Shown here: piece after piece, positions 45,457 to 54,529 of the stretch
Layout of the letters: every line of letters begins with the position of its first letter
Numbering within the stretch: position 1 is the stretch's first letter
Virus record (IMG/VR): IMGVR_UViG_3300038412_000065
Span: 15,004 to 79,003 of that record
DNA: 64,000 nucleotides
DNA from: a virus
Strand: one strand, 5' to 3'
Translations under genes and position numbers: made by a program
The notes under the pieces: model-generated
What the model was told of the DNA's origin: nothing
The model's database searches: none
Seen by the model: only the letters and a program-made list of their open reading frames with translations

Positions 45457-46629
45457 ATGGCGAGGGCGCTCAATCGGTTGTCAGCGCGTCGCGTGGCGAC
45501 CGTGACGGAGGCAGGATACTACGCCGATGGCGGCGGCCTCTACCTGCAGATGACAGTCACCGGGGCGAAGTCGTGGATCTTCCGCTTCACCCGGCACGGC
45601 AAGACGCGCGACATGGGGCTCGGTCCGCTCCACACCGTGGGGCTCGCTGAGGCGCGCGTAGCGGCGGCGGCGGCACGAAAGGCCCTGCTCGACGGCATCG
45701 ACCCGCTCGACGCACGGCGGGCCGCGTTGGCGGCCAAGGCTGGCATCCCGACGTTCGGCGAGGCTGCGACGGAATACATCGCCGAGCAGCGCAAGGGCTG
45801 GACGAACCCGAAGCATGCCGACCAGTGGACGAACACGCTGGGCACCTATGCGATGCCGACGATCGGGCAGAAGACGGTGGACGCGATCGACACCACCGAC
45901 CTGCTGGCGATCCTTCGGCCGATCTGGGAAGCCAAGACCGAGACGGCCACCAGGGTCAGGCAGCGCATCGAGGCGGTGCTGGATGCCCAGTATGCCCAGC
46001 GGCACTGGGACAAGCAGAACCCGGCGCGCTGGCGCGGCCACCTGGCCAAGCTGCTGCCCAAGCCGTCGAAGGTGCGCGAGGTGAAGCACTTCGCTGCCCT
46101 TCCCTACAAAGACCTGCCGGCGTTCATGGTCAAACTGCGGGCCGACAACTACACCGCCGCCCGGGCGCTGGAGTTCCTGATTCTCACCGCAGCCCGCACC
46201 AACATGGTCAGCAAGGCGAACTGGAACGAAATGGACGGCGCGTTGTGGACCGTGCCGAAGGAGAGGATGAAGGGCAAGATCGAACACGCGATACCGCTGT
46301 CGACGGCTGCGGTTGCGCTGCTTTCGGCTTTGCCTCGTGTCAAGGGGAGTCAGGCCATCTTCCGCGGCGATCGCGGACTCAAGGCGCACATGAGCAACGC
46401 GGCTATGGATGCGCTGCTTGAGCGGATGGGCTACGCGCACATCACCGTGCACGGCTTCCGGTCGACGTTCAAGGACTGGTGCAGCGAGCAGACCAGCTTT
46501 CCAAACGAGGTCAGCGAGTCGGCTCTGGCACACGTCATCGCAGACAAGACGGAGGCGGCGTATCGGCGCGGCGCGCTGCTGAAGAAGCGCCGGCAGCTGA
46601 TGGAGGCGTGGGCGAAGTACTGCGGATGA
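45457..46629 (+). CDS. int: P4-type tyrosine integrase
   Basis: DGGGLYL..KSWIFR arm-binding domain; LTAAR, RMK, HGFRSTF, LAH, AYRR catalytic residues. Confidence 0.95.
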   Translation: MARALNRLSARRVATVTEAGYYADGGGLYLQMTVTGAKSWIFRFTRHGKTRDMGLGPLHTVGLAEARVAAAAARKALLDGIDPLDARRAALAAKAGIPTFGEAATEYIAEQRKGWTNPKHADQWTNTLGTYAMPTIGQKTVDAIDTTDLLAILRPIWEAKTETATRVRQRIEAVLDAQYAQRHWDKQNPARWRGHLAKLLPKPSKVREVKHFAALPYKDLPAFMVKLRADNYTAARALEFLILTAARTNMVSKANWNEMDGALWTVPKERMKGKIEHAIPLSTAAVALLSALPRVKGSQAIFRGDRGLKAHMSNAAMDALLERMGYAHITVHGFRSTFKDWCSEQTSFPNEVSESALAHVIADKTEAAYRRGALLKKRRQLMEAWAKYCG

Positions 46630-46639
46630 AGATCAGTGG

Positions 46640-46897
46640 TCAGTGTGCCGCGGCCGGCTTCTTCGCGCCGTCGGGCTTCGCCGGTTTGCACACTGTCCGC
46701 GTCCAGCACTTCGCGGCCACCCCGTGCTCGTCGTGCGCCAGGATCTGCTTTGCCGTGCCATCGGTCAGAATGTCGGCCTTGGCGGGGCAGATCACCGACC
46801 AACCTGCGCACGGATCCGGCTTAATCGCGGGTCCAGTCTTGCAGCTTGCCAGCAGCAGTGCCGGGATCAGCAGTGCCCACAGTCTGCGCCGGCGCAT
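46640..46897 (-). CDS. Rz1-like outer-membrane spanin lipoprotein
   Basis: Lipobox LLASC; overlaps the Rz-like gene in another frame. Confidence 0.75.
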   Translation of the reverse strand: MRRRRLWALLIPALLLASCKTGPAIKPDPCAGWSVICPAKADILTDGTAKQILAHDEHGVAAKCWTRTVCKPAKPDGAKKPAAAH

Positions 46898-47117
46898 CCG
46901 GCAAGCGTTGCACTTCGACGTCTGTTTCATGGCGTGACTCCAGTTGCTGGTTTGTGGCCTGCGCCGCCTCTGCGGCGTCCTGTGCGGCGCGCGTCTTGAC
47001 CCGCTCCGCTGCCTTGCCCTTCGACCGTCCGGCCAAGTAGATGCCGGCGACGGCGGCCAGGAGTGCGCCGAGCGCGCACACCCACTTCCACACCTTGGCC
47101 CATAGCAGCGCGATCAT
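46821..47117 (-). CDS. Rz-like inner-membrane spanin
   Basis: N-terminal TM then helical region; follows endolysin. Confidence 0.75.
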   Translation of the reverse strand: MIALLWAKVWKWVCALGALLAAVAGIYLAGRSKGKAAERVKTRAAQDAAEAAQATNQQLESRHETDVEVQRLPDAPAQTVGTADPGTAAGKLQDWTRD

Positions 47118-47557
47118 GCCTGCCCGCTCCGCATGACGTCCGCCAGCGCCTTCGCCCGGGCCGGCGTCTGCAGCGCCCAGGTGCTGGCGAGCATGCTTTC
47201 TGCGGCATCGCTCCAGCGCCTCTGACTGATCGCCTGCAGCATGTTCACGAACTTGGATACGCCACCCATGCCCATCTGGAAGCACATCTCTGCCAGCACG
47301 TCGAAGCGCTCCGGCTCGTCGTCGATCAAGCCGGGAGCCAATCGCTTCGCGGCAACGGTAGCGATGTTGACGCGGTTGGCCAGTAGATACTCGGCCTCAG
47401 CCTCCGTGATGCCGCCACCCGGGCCGATCAGTGTTCCGACACCGATGGTCGGATTGCCGATGACGCGCGTGCCGGGCTGGATGTAGGCGCCCGTGGCGTC
47501 GTCGTAGACCTGCAGGCGCAGGCCCTCGTGCTGGCGCAGGCGGTCAGCGAGAGCCAT
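47114..47557 (-). CDS. endolysin, T4-lysozyme-like muramidase
   Basis: HEGLRL.VYDD, TIGVG, MCFQMG..G..KF..M, S.WA.QTP.RA. Confidence 0.92.
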   Translation of the reverse strand: MALADRLRQHEGLRLQVYDDATGAYIQPGTRVIGNPTIGVGTLIGPGGGITEAEAEYLLANRVNIATVAAKRLAPGLIDDEPERFDVLAEMCFQMGMGGVSKFVNMLQAISQRRWSDAAESMLASTWALQTPARAKALADVMRSGQA

Positions 47558-47817
47558 CACGCATGCTCCGCGTTGTCATCGCTGCCCGGCGGCTCAAGCA
47601 GCTTCGTCTGCTGCACCACGCGGGCCACGGAAGCCGCGCCAGCGGTCAGCATCGAGCCCGCCGCCAGCCCAAGCTTCATCCAACCCGGGATGTACGGCAG
47701 CCAGTCGGGCGGGAGCGCCAGGTAGGCCGTGGTGATCGCGCCGAACAGTGCGGAGAGAATCGCGAAGCGGATGCTCCACAGCTTGTGCCACTGGCTTGCG
47801 TTGTCGATCAGCTTCAT
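47557..47817 (-). CDS. holin (2 TM)
   Basis: MKLIDN..WHKLWSIR..ARVVQQ; directly upstream of endolysin. Confidence 0.75.
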   Translation of the reverse strand: MKLIDNASQWHKLWSIRFAILSALFGAITTAYLALPPDWLPYIPGWMKLGLAAGSMLTAGAASVARVVQQTKLLEPPGSDDNAEHA

Positions 47818-48131
47818 CGTGTCCACCCCTTCACTGTCGGATTCGGCTCGTGGTCTTCAATACGGCCCAGTCGCCGCTCGTGTTCGGCGATCTGGATCTG
47901 CGCCTGCGCCAGTTGCCGAGTGATCGACGGCACATCGGCGAGCGAGGCTTGCACTTGCGTGATCTGCACCTGCAGGCGAGCAATCGCGGTGTTCTGCGCC
48001 TGCACGCTGGAGGCGAGCCAGATGATGCCGGCGACGGCCAGCCCCTCGATGATCACGCGCACGGAAAGCATTCGGCTGGCCTTGTCGTGGAGGGGTGCGG
48101 TCTGCGGCATGTGGCGCTCGTAGTTGGTCAT
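47814..48131 (-). CDS. membrane-anchored coiled-coil lysis-region protein (holin/antiholin-like)
   Basis: One TM plus coiled coil; ATGA-coupled to chaperone and holin. Confidence 0.55.
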   Translation of the reverse strand: MTNYERHMPQTAPLHDKASRMLSVRVIIEGLAVAGIIWLASSVQAQNTAIARLQVQITQVQASLADVPSITRQLAQAQIQIAEHERRLGRIEDHEPNPTVKGWTR

Positions 48132-48418
48132 GGGGCGATCGGCCAGTCGATCGTGCTAGGGAAGCCGGATTGCGCCGGCACATTGCGCAGCGCCGTTCGG
48201 TAGGCGGCCCATGCCGCTTTCTGCACGGCGTCGAGCGGCGCGTCGGCAACCTGCGTCCAGTCGCATGCGGAGAGCAGGGCATCGCGCTGCTGGCGCATAT
48301 CGGCGGCAAGCAGCGCAGTCAGCAGTGACTCGGGTAGCACGTCCACGGCGGTCTCGCCGGGTTGCACGTCGTCGGCGGAGGTGATGGCTCGGAAGCTGGT
48401 GGCGGTGATGGCGTACAT
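48128..48418 (-). CDS. tail fibre assembly chaperone (copy 2)
   Basis: N-terminal half identical to 5876-6166, C-terminal half diverged. Confidence 0.88.
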   Translation of the reverse strand: MYAITATSFRAITSADDVQPGETAVDVLPESLLTALLAADMRQQRDALLSACDWTQVADAPLDAVQKAAWAAYRTALRNVPAQSGFPSTIDWPIAP

Positions 48419-48900
48419 GGTCAGCGCTCGTAGGTGTAGCCATGCACGTCAACATATAGCCCTGACGCTGGCGTGCCGCCTTGGTAGCTGTAATTGAAGC
48501 GTTGAAGACTATCGAGCGACTGAGGAGCGAACAAACGCGTTCCAGGGTTTCCCGGAAGGCCAAGCATGTTATTTGATCCGTCTGGGTCACCGATAATCAT
48601 GGATAAAGTAGAATCGGAATTGAATATAACAAGGTCGGCCAACTCCGAAGTTACAGGAATGCAACCCGCGCACGAGACATTCGTGGTTGCTATAGCTGCA
48701 CCGTTAGTCAGGACTCGGAATGGCGCTCCGCCAGTGAATGTCGTATATAGGACATGGCGATCAAAAATTTTGAACGAAAATATATTGCCGCTTGCATCCG
48801 TCAGTACGCTACCGAGATAGCGTCGCGACGTGTCGCCAGTCTTCGTGCGCGCGGTGCCGTTGTACGCCGCTGCCGGCGCCGTGGTGACGCATTCGATCGC
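48279..48900. repeat. 622-bp direct repeat, copy 2
   Basis: Matches 6027-6648. Confidence 0.93.
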
Positions 48901-49779
48901 TGGCGTGCCGGCGTTCTCATACAGATAGACGTGATACCACGTCGATGCAGTGAGCGACAGGCCGGAAAGCGTCAGCGTTGCGGCTGGCGAAACAAGCCGG
49001 CCGAGCGACGGCACGAACGCGGCGCCGCTGGTGACGCTGATCGAGGTGGCGCTGTTCCACACCATCTTCAGGCCGCTGATATAATCCTGCGGCCCCGCGC
49101 TAGCTTGCTTGACGTTCGTGCCGTCGCCATACAGGATTTGCGCTGTACCTTGGGGCACAGGAAGCGCGATGCCCGCAGCCGTCTTTACCTGAAGCGAGAA
49201 GGCACCTGTCGTTTCATTGCTGACAACCCACTGCTGCTGGTAGGCGGGGAACGTCACGACCACGTCTGCCGTCAGCGCACCCTGGAAGCTCAAGATACGC
49301 GCGTTTGCTTGAGCGTCGGTCAGGGTAATGTTCGTCGCCGCAACGGCGACGGCTTGGCGCGCGCGCAGATCGAGTGACGCCGGGCGCTTGTCGGAGATCG
49401 AAGTGATCGACCCGCCGCCCGCGACAATCTGAGCCATCGGGATCAAGCCAACCGTGAACCCCGTGGTGTTGGCCGAGACGACACCTGCCGCGGTACGTTG
49501 CACGTAGTTCGTCAGGTTGGCCCCCAGGGCTACCGTACCCGCCGCGATGGCGATGTTGGCCCCGTTTGAGTAGACGTTTCCCCCGTTGTAGCCGTAGGTC
49601 AGTCCCGTCGTCGTTGCGGGATTCGTCCCGAAAGCCGCAGCCAAGGGTGAAAGGCCGATGACCGCCGCGGCGGTCGAGCGCACCGTGGTCAATAGGCCGC
49701 CAACGTTTTGCGAGAGTTCGATCAGCTCCGTGCCATCCAACGGCCCAGCAGGGGGCGCACCTGAGATTTTCGTAGCCAT
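48421..49779 (-). CDS. tail fibre (siphovirus side)
   Basis: MATKIS N-terminus; TLTDAQA..FQGALTA..W.V.NETTGAFSL shaft; shared tip. Confidence 0.85.
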   Translation of the reverse strand: MATKISGAPPAGPLDGTELIELSQNVGGLLTTVRSTAAAVIGLSPLAAAFGTNPATTTGLTYGYNGGNVYSNGANIAIAAGTVALGANLTNYVQRTAAGVVSANTTGFTVGLIPMAQIVAGGGSITSISDKRPASLDLRARQAVAVAATNITLTDAQANARILSFQGALTADVVVTFPAYQQQWVVSNETTGAFSLQVKTAAGIALPVPQGTAQILYGDGTNVKQASAGPQDYISGLKMVWNSATSISVTSGAAFVPSLGRLVSPAATLTLSGLSLTASTWYHVYLYENAGTPAIECVTTAPAAAYNGTARTKTGDTSRRYLGSVLTDASGNIFSFKIFDRHVLYTTFTGGAPFRVLTNGAAIATTNVSCAGCIPVTSELADLVIFNSDSTLSMIIGDPDGSNNMLGLPGNPGTRLFAPQSLDSLQRFNYSYQGGTPASGLYVDVHGYTYER

Positions 49780-49784
49780 GATTG

Positions 49785-51755
49785 TTATTCCGTGAGTCGG
49801 AGGTCGATGCCATTTTCGGCAACGCGCGGGTCGCCGGTTTCGGTCACGCGGGTGTCGCCAGGCGTTTTAAGTAGCGCGGTGTAGGTAATCATTTCAATGA
49901 TCGCGTCTGCTTCCGATTCGCCCAAACCGATTGCGCGGAAATATAGTGTCCGCCCCGCGAAACTCGGGTCGATCGGCAGGAAATAAGCGGCGTCCATCAT
50001 CGTGAAGCGGTCGGCAGACGTAATCGGGAACTGCGCAACGCCACCCAAGGAGCGCACGGTACCCGTTAGATCATACCTATTCGGAGTGGCTGGGTACTCG
50101 GCGGCGGCGGCGAATTGCCCCAGCTGCGCTCGACCCGTCCCCGGCGTGCAGGTTGCCCAGGCATTCGCCCCGGCGGCGAGTTGTGCTGAGGTTGCATTGC
50201 TGAGATCGCCACTGGTGATATCGACCGTCAACGGCTCGCCGCCAAAGGGCTCATTGGCGACCATGCTGCCGAAGATACTGCCCGTTTTGATCGCGGCCAC
50301 ATTCTGCCATGTAGCCATCCCGTCGAAGGAGGCTTGCACGGTGCATCCGAGCCACGCCGAGCTTCCGGTGCTGCTCCCCGCAGCCAAGTAGACCCCCACC
50401 GTATCTTGCGGGCGCTGCGCCGGTAGGTTCATCGGGATGAGCGTGGTCAGCCCCGAGTACGGTGAGGCGGGCGGTACCGGCGCGTTGCCGAGGATCGGCT
50501 GAACATTCGACGTGTAGGCGCTCTGTCGGTCATAGCGCGTGGTCAGCTTGAGGCTGCCGTTGCCAATCATCATCTCGTCGAGCACGTAGCGCTTGCCCTG
50601 GAACTGCAAGGACTCGCCAGCCGCCAGGCTCAGATAGACATCCGTGTCGGCGAAGGGCACGGAGTATTCCAGTGTCCCTTCGAGCGTGGCATAGGCGACC
50701 TTGAGCGCTTTGTCCACGGCTTTTGCCGCGTCGCCCGCGGCCATGACGACGGGGATCTGGAACGACTGGTCGCCGATGGCGACGACGTCAACGCTACGCC
50801 GCTCAGCCGCGGTGTCGACGACGGTGTAGTTTTGCGCAGGGTCCATGTAGCTGCCCACGACACGGCGGGGAAACTCGGTGCTCTGGTTGCGCAGGTTACT
50901 GACGATCGCGCCGTTGTTGGAGTCGTTGCCCTCGATCAGATCGGCGCGGTCAATGGTCACGGCGGTGTCCGCGCCGTAGAGCATGAAGTGCAATTGGGCG
51001 TCATACTCGGAGGCGTAGCAAAAATACGACTGAAGCAATGGCAGGAGACAATCCGCAGCGTTTGCTTGGCGCGCAATGGGATACCCCCGCGTCGTAATCG
51101 CGGAGAGGGGCGCCACCTCAATATCCCCCAGGGCCAAACCCCCGCGCAACGCGATGGCGGACGCGATGCTGCTGAGCGACAAGCTTCCGGGGGTACTAGT
51201 TGACTGGCCATACGGCGGGAGCCACGCGGACCGGTATACCGTCAGACCGGATTGCGCGTAGCCCCCGCCGAGGGGAATGAGTGGGGTGCCCGCGCTTGAG
51301 GTATCGACGAAGCTGAAAGTGAGGTTTGCGGCGGATACGTCAAAGCCACCGAAATAGGCGAAATTATATATCCGAACGCCAGAGGCCCCCGCCGGCAGGA
51401 GCACCGTACGTGGCAGCGCGAGGGATGAAAATGCAAAGCTCTGCGGAACCGGCATGCTGCGTCCGGTGAACCAAGCGGCAAAATTCGGGACCGTAGACAG
51501 CTGAGTCGGGTGATAGTAGTACAGCCAACCCGAGTCCAAGGCGCCACCTAGAGCATAGGTCCGCAGTAGCGACGGAAGATCTTCTTGATGCAGGTAAGTA
51601 ACCCCCGGAGTTACGATTCCGAAGAGAGGAACGATAACGTACCGGGCCGCCGCCAACACGTCGACGCCAGTGAGGCGAATGCCGAGGGCGCCAACGTCCG
51701 GGATCGCATAATCCTGGTAGCACCCCGTAACTACGCTTTGGACTGGGGAGGTCAT
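49785..51755 (-). CDS. tail tip / central hub protein, C-terminal part (GTA-like putative tail protein)
   Basis: RGY.IAR..LLPLLQSYF..EYDAQL.F, EFPRRV..YMDP..NY. Confidence 0.75.
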   Translation of the reverse strand: MTSPVQSVVTGCYQDYAIPDVGALGIRLTGVDVLAAARYVIVPLFGIVTPGVTYLHQEDLPSLLRTYALGGALDSGWLYYYHPTQLSTVPNFAAWFTGRSMPVPQSFAFSSLALPRTVLLPAGASGVRIYNFAYFGGFDVSAANLTFSFVDTSSAGTPLIPLGGGYAQSGLTVYRSAWLPPYGQSTSTPGSLSLSSIASAIALRGGLALGDIEVAPLSAITTRGYPIARQANAADCLLPLLQSYFCYASEYDAQLHFMLYGADTAVTIDRADLIEGNDSNNGAIVSNLRNQSTEFPRRVVGSYMDPAQNYTVVDTAAERRSVDVVAIGDQSFQIPVVMAAGDAAKAVDKALKVAYATLEGTLEYSVPFADTDVYLSLAAGESLQFQGKRYVLDEMMIGNGSLKLTTRYDRQSAYTSNVQPILGNAPVPPASPYSGLTTLIPMNLPAQRPQDTVGVYLAAGSSTGSSAWLGCTVQASFDGMATWQNVAAIKTGSIFGSMVANEPFGGEPLTVDITSGDLSNATSAQLAAGANAWATCTPGTGRAQLGQFAAAAEYPATPNRYDLTGTVRSLGGVAQFPITSADRFTMMDAAYFLPIDPSFAGRTLYFRAIGLGESEADAIIEMITYTALLKTPGDTRVTETGDPRVAENGIDLRLTE

Positions 51756-51756
51756 G

Positions 51757-52464
51757 TCAGAGTTGGTACCCGAAGGTCGTCGTTTTGGAGATTGACGGTA
51801 ACACGTTATCTACCGCGGCAGTCGAGGCCGCCGACGCAACAACAAACTGGAATGTCGGGATGCGGTCGCCCGCCCCGCTCACGTCGAAGCTCTTAAATAC
51901 CGCGACCAAGCTGCCGCGGTAAGCCGGCGTACTGCCGACGCCGGTGATTGCTTCAAGCGTCGGGTGCGGCAGCTGGTCTTCGCCGCCGAACAGAAAGTCA
52001 ACGTTAGCTTTCCATTTTCGTGAAGCTGTCACCATGGTCGAGCCCGGCCGCACGTCGTAGACGAGCTTTCCGTCCTGCATCACCATGAGCACGGCGCTCA
52101 TCGTGCTGTCGCGCAGCTCGCTGGACTCGCAGACGAGAATGGCGAAGTCCTGCACGGCAGTATATGTGACCTGCACCGGCCCGCCCTTGCCGTTATCCTT
52201 GTGGCGGATCTGCCGGCGCTTGCTGACCTGGACGATTGTGCCGGCAACCATCGCCGAACCCTGCACCCACGCGATTGGGTTGCCGTCGGTCGCCGCTTGC
52301 TGCTGGCCGTCGCCGATCTTCGGGCCATTGATGTGCGTCGGGTCCACCGCGCCGCCGATCATGCCGCCGATGGCCATACCGAGCTGGATAGCCGCCGGAT
52401 TGCCCGCACCGAAGTATGCGCCGATCGCGCCGCCGATGACCGTGCCTATCTGCTGGCCCGACAT
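51757..52464 (-). CDS. tail tip / central hub protein, N-terminal part
   Basis: Gly-rich N-terminus; GGEDQLPHPTLEA..G..PAYRG..VF..G.RIP.FQF.V. Confidence 0.75.
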   Translation of the reverse strand: MSGQQIGTVIGGAIGAYFGAGNPAAIQLGMAIGGMIGGAVDPTHINGPKIGDGQQQAATDGNPIAWVQGSAMVAGTIVQVSKRRQIRHKDNGKGGPVQVTYTAVQDFAILVCESSELRDSTMSAVLMVMQDGKLVYDVRPGSTMVTASRKWKANVDFLFGGEDQLPHPTLEAITGVGSTPAYRGSLVAVFKSFDVSGAGDRIPTFQFVVASAASTAAVDNVLPSISKTTTFGYQL

Positions 52465-52956
52465 TTAGCCAACCCTCCGCGCGCCTTTGCGCATGTTGCA
52501 GACGGGTAGGAGAAGCTGGACGTTGTCATCGGAATTTCGCCCTCCGAGCGCCAACGGGACGATATGGTCCATGTGGAAACCCGGCTCCAGAGACTCCCCG
52601 CAGCAGGCGCACCGGCCCCTCTGACTGACGTACAATTTCGCCGCCAAGTCGGACGATAACCGTCCTCCCTGACCCTTCTCACGGGCCCGCCTATTGTGCT
52701 GGTGCGCACAGTGGCGGCCCGCCTCCTTGTGCTGCCACTCGGCCTTTGTTTTCGCGCGTTGCTCAGGGTTCGAGTCTTTCCACGCCTGCGTCATCTCCAA
52801 GCATCTCTCGTAATTCTTCTCGCGATACCGACGGCTGTAGCCCGCATGCTTCCCGGCAGCGCGCTCTTTGATGGCGGAGGCGTTCCGCATGCGGTACTCC
52901 CTTGCGTAAGCGAGGTTCTTCTCTCGATCCCGCTGGTAGCGCTCGGCCTTAGTCAT
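52465..52956 (-). CDS. HNH homing endonuclease
   Basis: QRGRCACC..HMDHIVPLALGGRN..NVQLL..CN.RKG; basic N-terminal repeats. Confidence 0.88.
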   Translation of the reverse strand: MTKAERYQRDREKNLAYAREYRMRNASAIKERAAGKHAGYSRRYREKNYERCLEMTQAWKDSNPEQRAKTKAEWQHKEAGRHCAHQHNRRAREKGQGGRLSSDLAAKLYVSQRGRCACCGESLEPGFHMDHIVPLALGGRNSDDNVQLLLPVCNMRKGARRVG

Positions 52957-53399
52957 GGCCGGAAGACCTCAAGGATATAGCCGTCCCATTCTTCGTCGAT
53001 GCGATGCTCGACGACTTTTTTCACTTGGGCGAACGTATGGATCAGCGAGAGCCCGCCGTAGAGATAGTCGCCGAGCAACCCGACGTGCGAGGGCTCGCCC
53101 CGGAACCGCATCAGCACGACGTCGCCTGGCCTCATCGTGTCCTTCGGGACCGGCTCGCCAAGATTGGCGACGAGCATCGCCCTGAGCCCGCCGCCGAGTG
53201 GCTCGCGACCGTAGGCTGCCAAGTCCGTGATCGGCCGCCCGAGGGCCGCCATACTGGCCAGCAGCAGCCCCGCGCAGTCCACACCTGCCTTGGTGCGGCC
53301 TTGATGGCGGAAGCGCACGGGCGGCGCCAGGTACGTGCGCGCTTCCGCGACGAACGCGACGGTCTCGGCAGGACTCAGCGGCGGCCCGATAGCGCGCAC
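52953..53399 (-). CDS. NlpC/P60 tail-associated peptidase
   Basis: FRHQGR..GVDCAGL, PGDVVL, PSHVG, IH. Confidence 0.9.
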   Translation of the reverse strand: MRAIGPPLSPAETVAFVAEARTYLAPPVRFRHQGRTKAGVDCAGLLLASMAALGRPITDLAAYGREPLGGGLRAMLVANLGEPVPKDTMRPGDVVLMRFRGEPSHVGLLGDYLYGGLSLIHTFAQVKKVVEHRIDEEWDGYILEVFRP

Positions 53400-53401
53400 G
53401 G

Positions 53402-54529
53402 TCAGCCCACCTTCGTCGGTGATTGCAGATCGGAACCGTCAGCTCGTGGCAGCTCAGGCTCGGCGCGCATGTTCAGCAGATTGCCGTACGCTTTGCACAT
53501 CGCCTTCGACTTGTCGCAGTCGCGACGGATCGTGAACGTGTCGCCTGGCGCAATCGCCTGGTACGTCGGGATGACGAGGGTGATCTGCCGCGTGGCCGCG
53601 ACGTACTCCTCGACCTCATTCTCCCGGCCGGCGTTGGCGCCGGTCTCCCAGTGCACGACGCCGGGCACAAAATACGCATCGGCTGGCGGGGCGAGCGTGA
53701 TCCCGCCGTCCCAGGCCACGCTGGCTGCCAAGGCGGGCGCCGCGGTGAAGGTCAGCAGTCCCGCGCCGTTGTCGGTGTAGGCCGTCGTTACGACGCCCCC
53801 GACGCGCACTTCGGTAATCGCGTACCCCGACGTCACCGGCACGCCCTGAAAATCCTTGAGCGGGAAGGCCGCCGTGGTGCCATCACCGACTCCGATCGAA
53901 GCGTTCGTCACGGCGTTGACGAAGCCCACGCTGGAGTCCGCGGTGAACACTCGGTCCGTCTCGGCGCCTACCGTGCCGACAGTCGATCCATACCAGATCA
54001 GCGGCATCTTGCAGCGCTCGTCGCCGAACTTGGCGCGGCAGGTGATCGAGGTCAGCTCGATGATCGACAGCTGCTTGAGGATCTGCGTCAGCGAACGCAA
54101 CTCGATCTTGCACGTCAGATCGTCGATCATCTTGACCTGGCCGACCTGCCCCGCGTTCAGGATGACGTGGCCCATCGTCAGGTCTTCGTAGTTCACGAGG
54201 TACTGCACGAATCGCGCGCCGTCGTAGTCGCCGCGGGCGATACCCTCGGCGGTTACACCGTCGGCCGGGTACTCGGCGAGCAGCCCGGCGGCCTCGCTGC
54301 TATCCACACTAAGGTCGGCCTTCGTGTCGAGATCGAACGCCGTGTAGCCGCGCTTGGCGCGGTACGCCAGCGCGCCGGCACCGTCGTCATACGTGCGATC
54401 GGCGTCGAGGGTGCATATCCCGAAGGCCGGCACGCCAGCTCGCACCGGCATGATCTTCAGCAGGTAGCAAACCGTCGTGGCCGGCTGCTTCAGGTGCGCG
54501 GCGAGCGCGGCGGGTACGTTACGGCTCAT
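53402..54529 (-). CDS. tail hub protein (DUF2163/BR0599-like)
   Basis: GDYDGA, CRAKFGDERC, GDTF..CDKS..C..YGN..N.RAEP. Confidence 0.85.
   Translation of the reverse strand: MSRNVPAALAAHLKQPATTVCYLLKIMPVRAGVPAFGICTLDADRTYDDGAGALAYRAKRGYTAFDLDTKADLSVDSSEAAGLLAEYPADGVTAEGIARGDYDGARFVQYLVNYEDLTMGHVILNAGQVGQVKMIDDLTCKIELRSLTQILKQLSIIELTSITCRAKFGDERCKMPLIWYGSTVGTVGAETDRVFTADSSVGFVNAVTNASIGVGDGTTAAFPLKDFQGVPVTSGYAITEVRVGGVVTTAYTDNGAGLLTFTAAPALAASVAWDGGITLAPPADAYFVPGVVHWETGANAGRENEVEEYVAATRQITLVIPTYQAIAPGDTFTIRRDCDKSKAMCKAYGNLLNMRAEPELPRADGSDLQSPTKVG

Larger units (their letters stand above)
6027..48278. mobile_element. one 42,252-bp unit of a temperate podovirus-type genome bounded by the direct repeat
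   Basis: One copy each of terminase, portal, capsid, tail, ejection, immunity, replication, xis/attP/int and lysis modules; no tape measure or tail tube. Confidence 0.8.

Noticed and set aside
45457..46629. Integrase as the IntI serving the cassette array
   Set aside because: It has the P4-type arm-binding domain and its own attP, and no IntI-like signature is recognisable
6027..48900. Diversity-generating retroelement (TR/VR pair in fibre genes)
   Set aside because: No reverse transcriptase in the window; copies are identical over 622 bp and flanking differences are not adenine-specific
6027..48900. Invertible tail-fibre switch or terminal repeats of a single phage
   Set aside because: Repeats are direct, no invertase is adjacent, and the outer flanks belong to a different head/tail type
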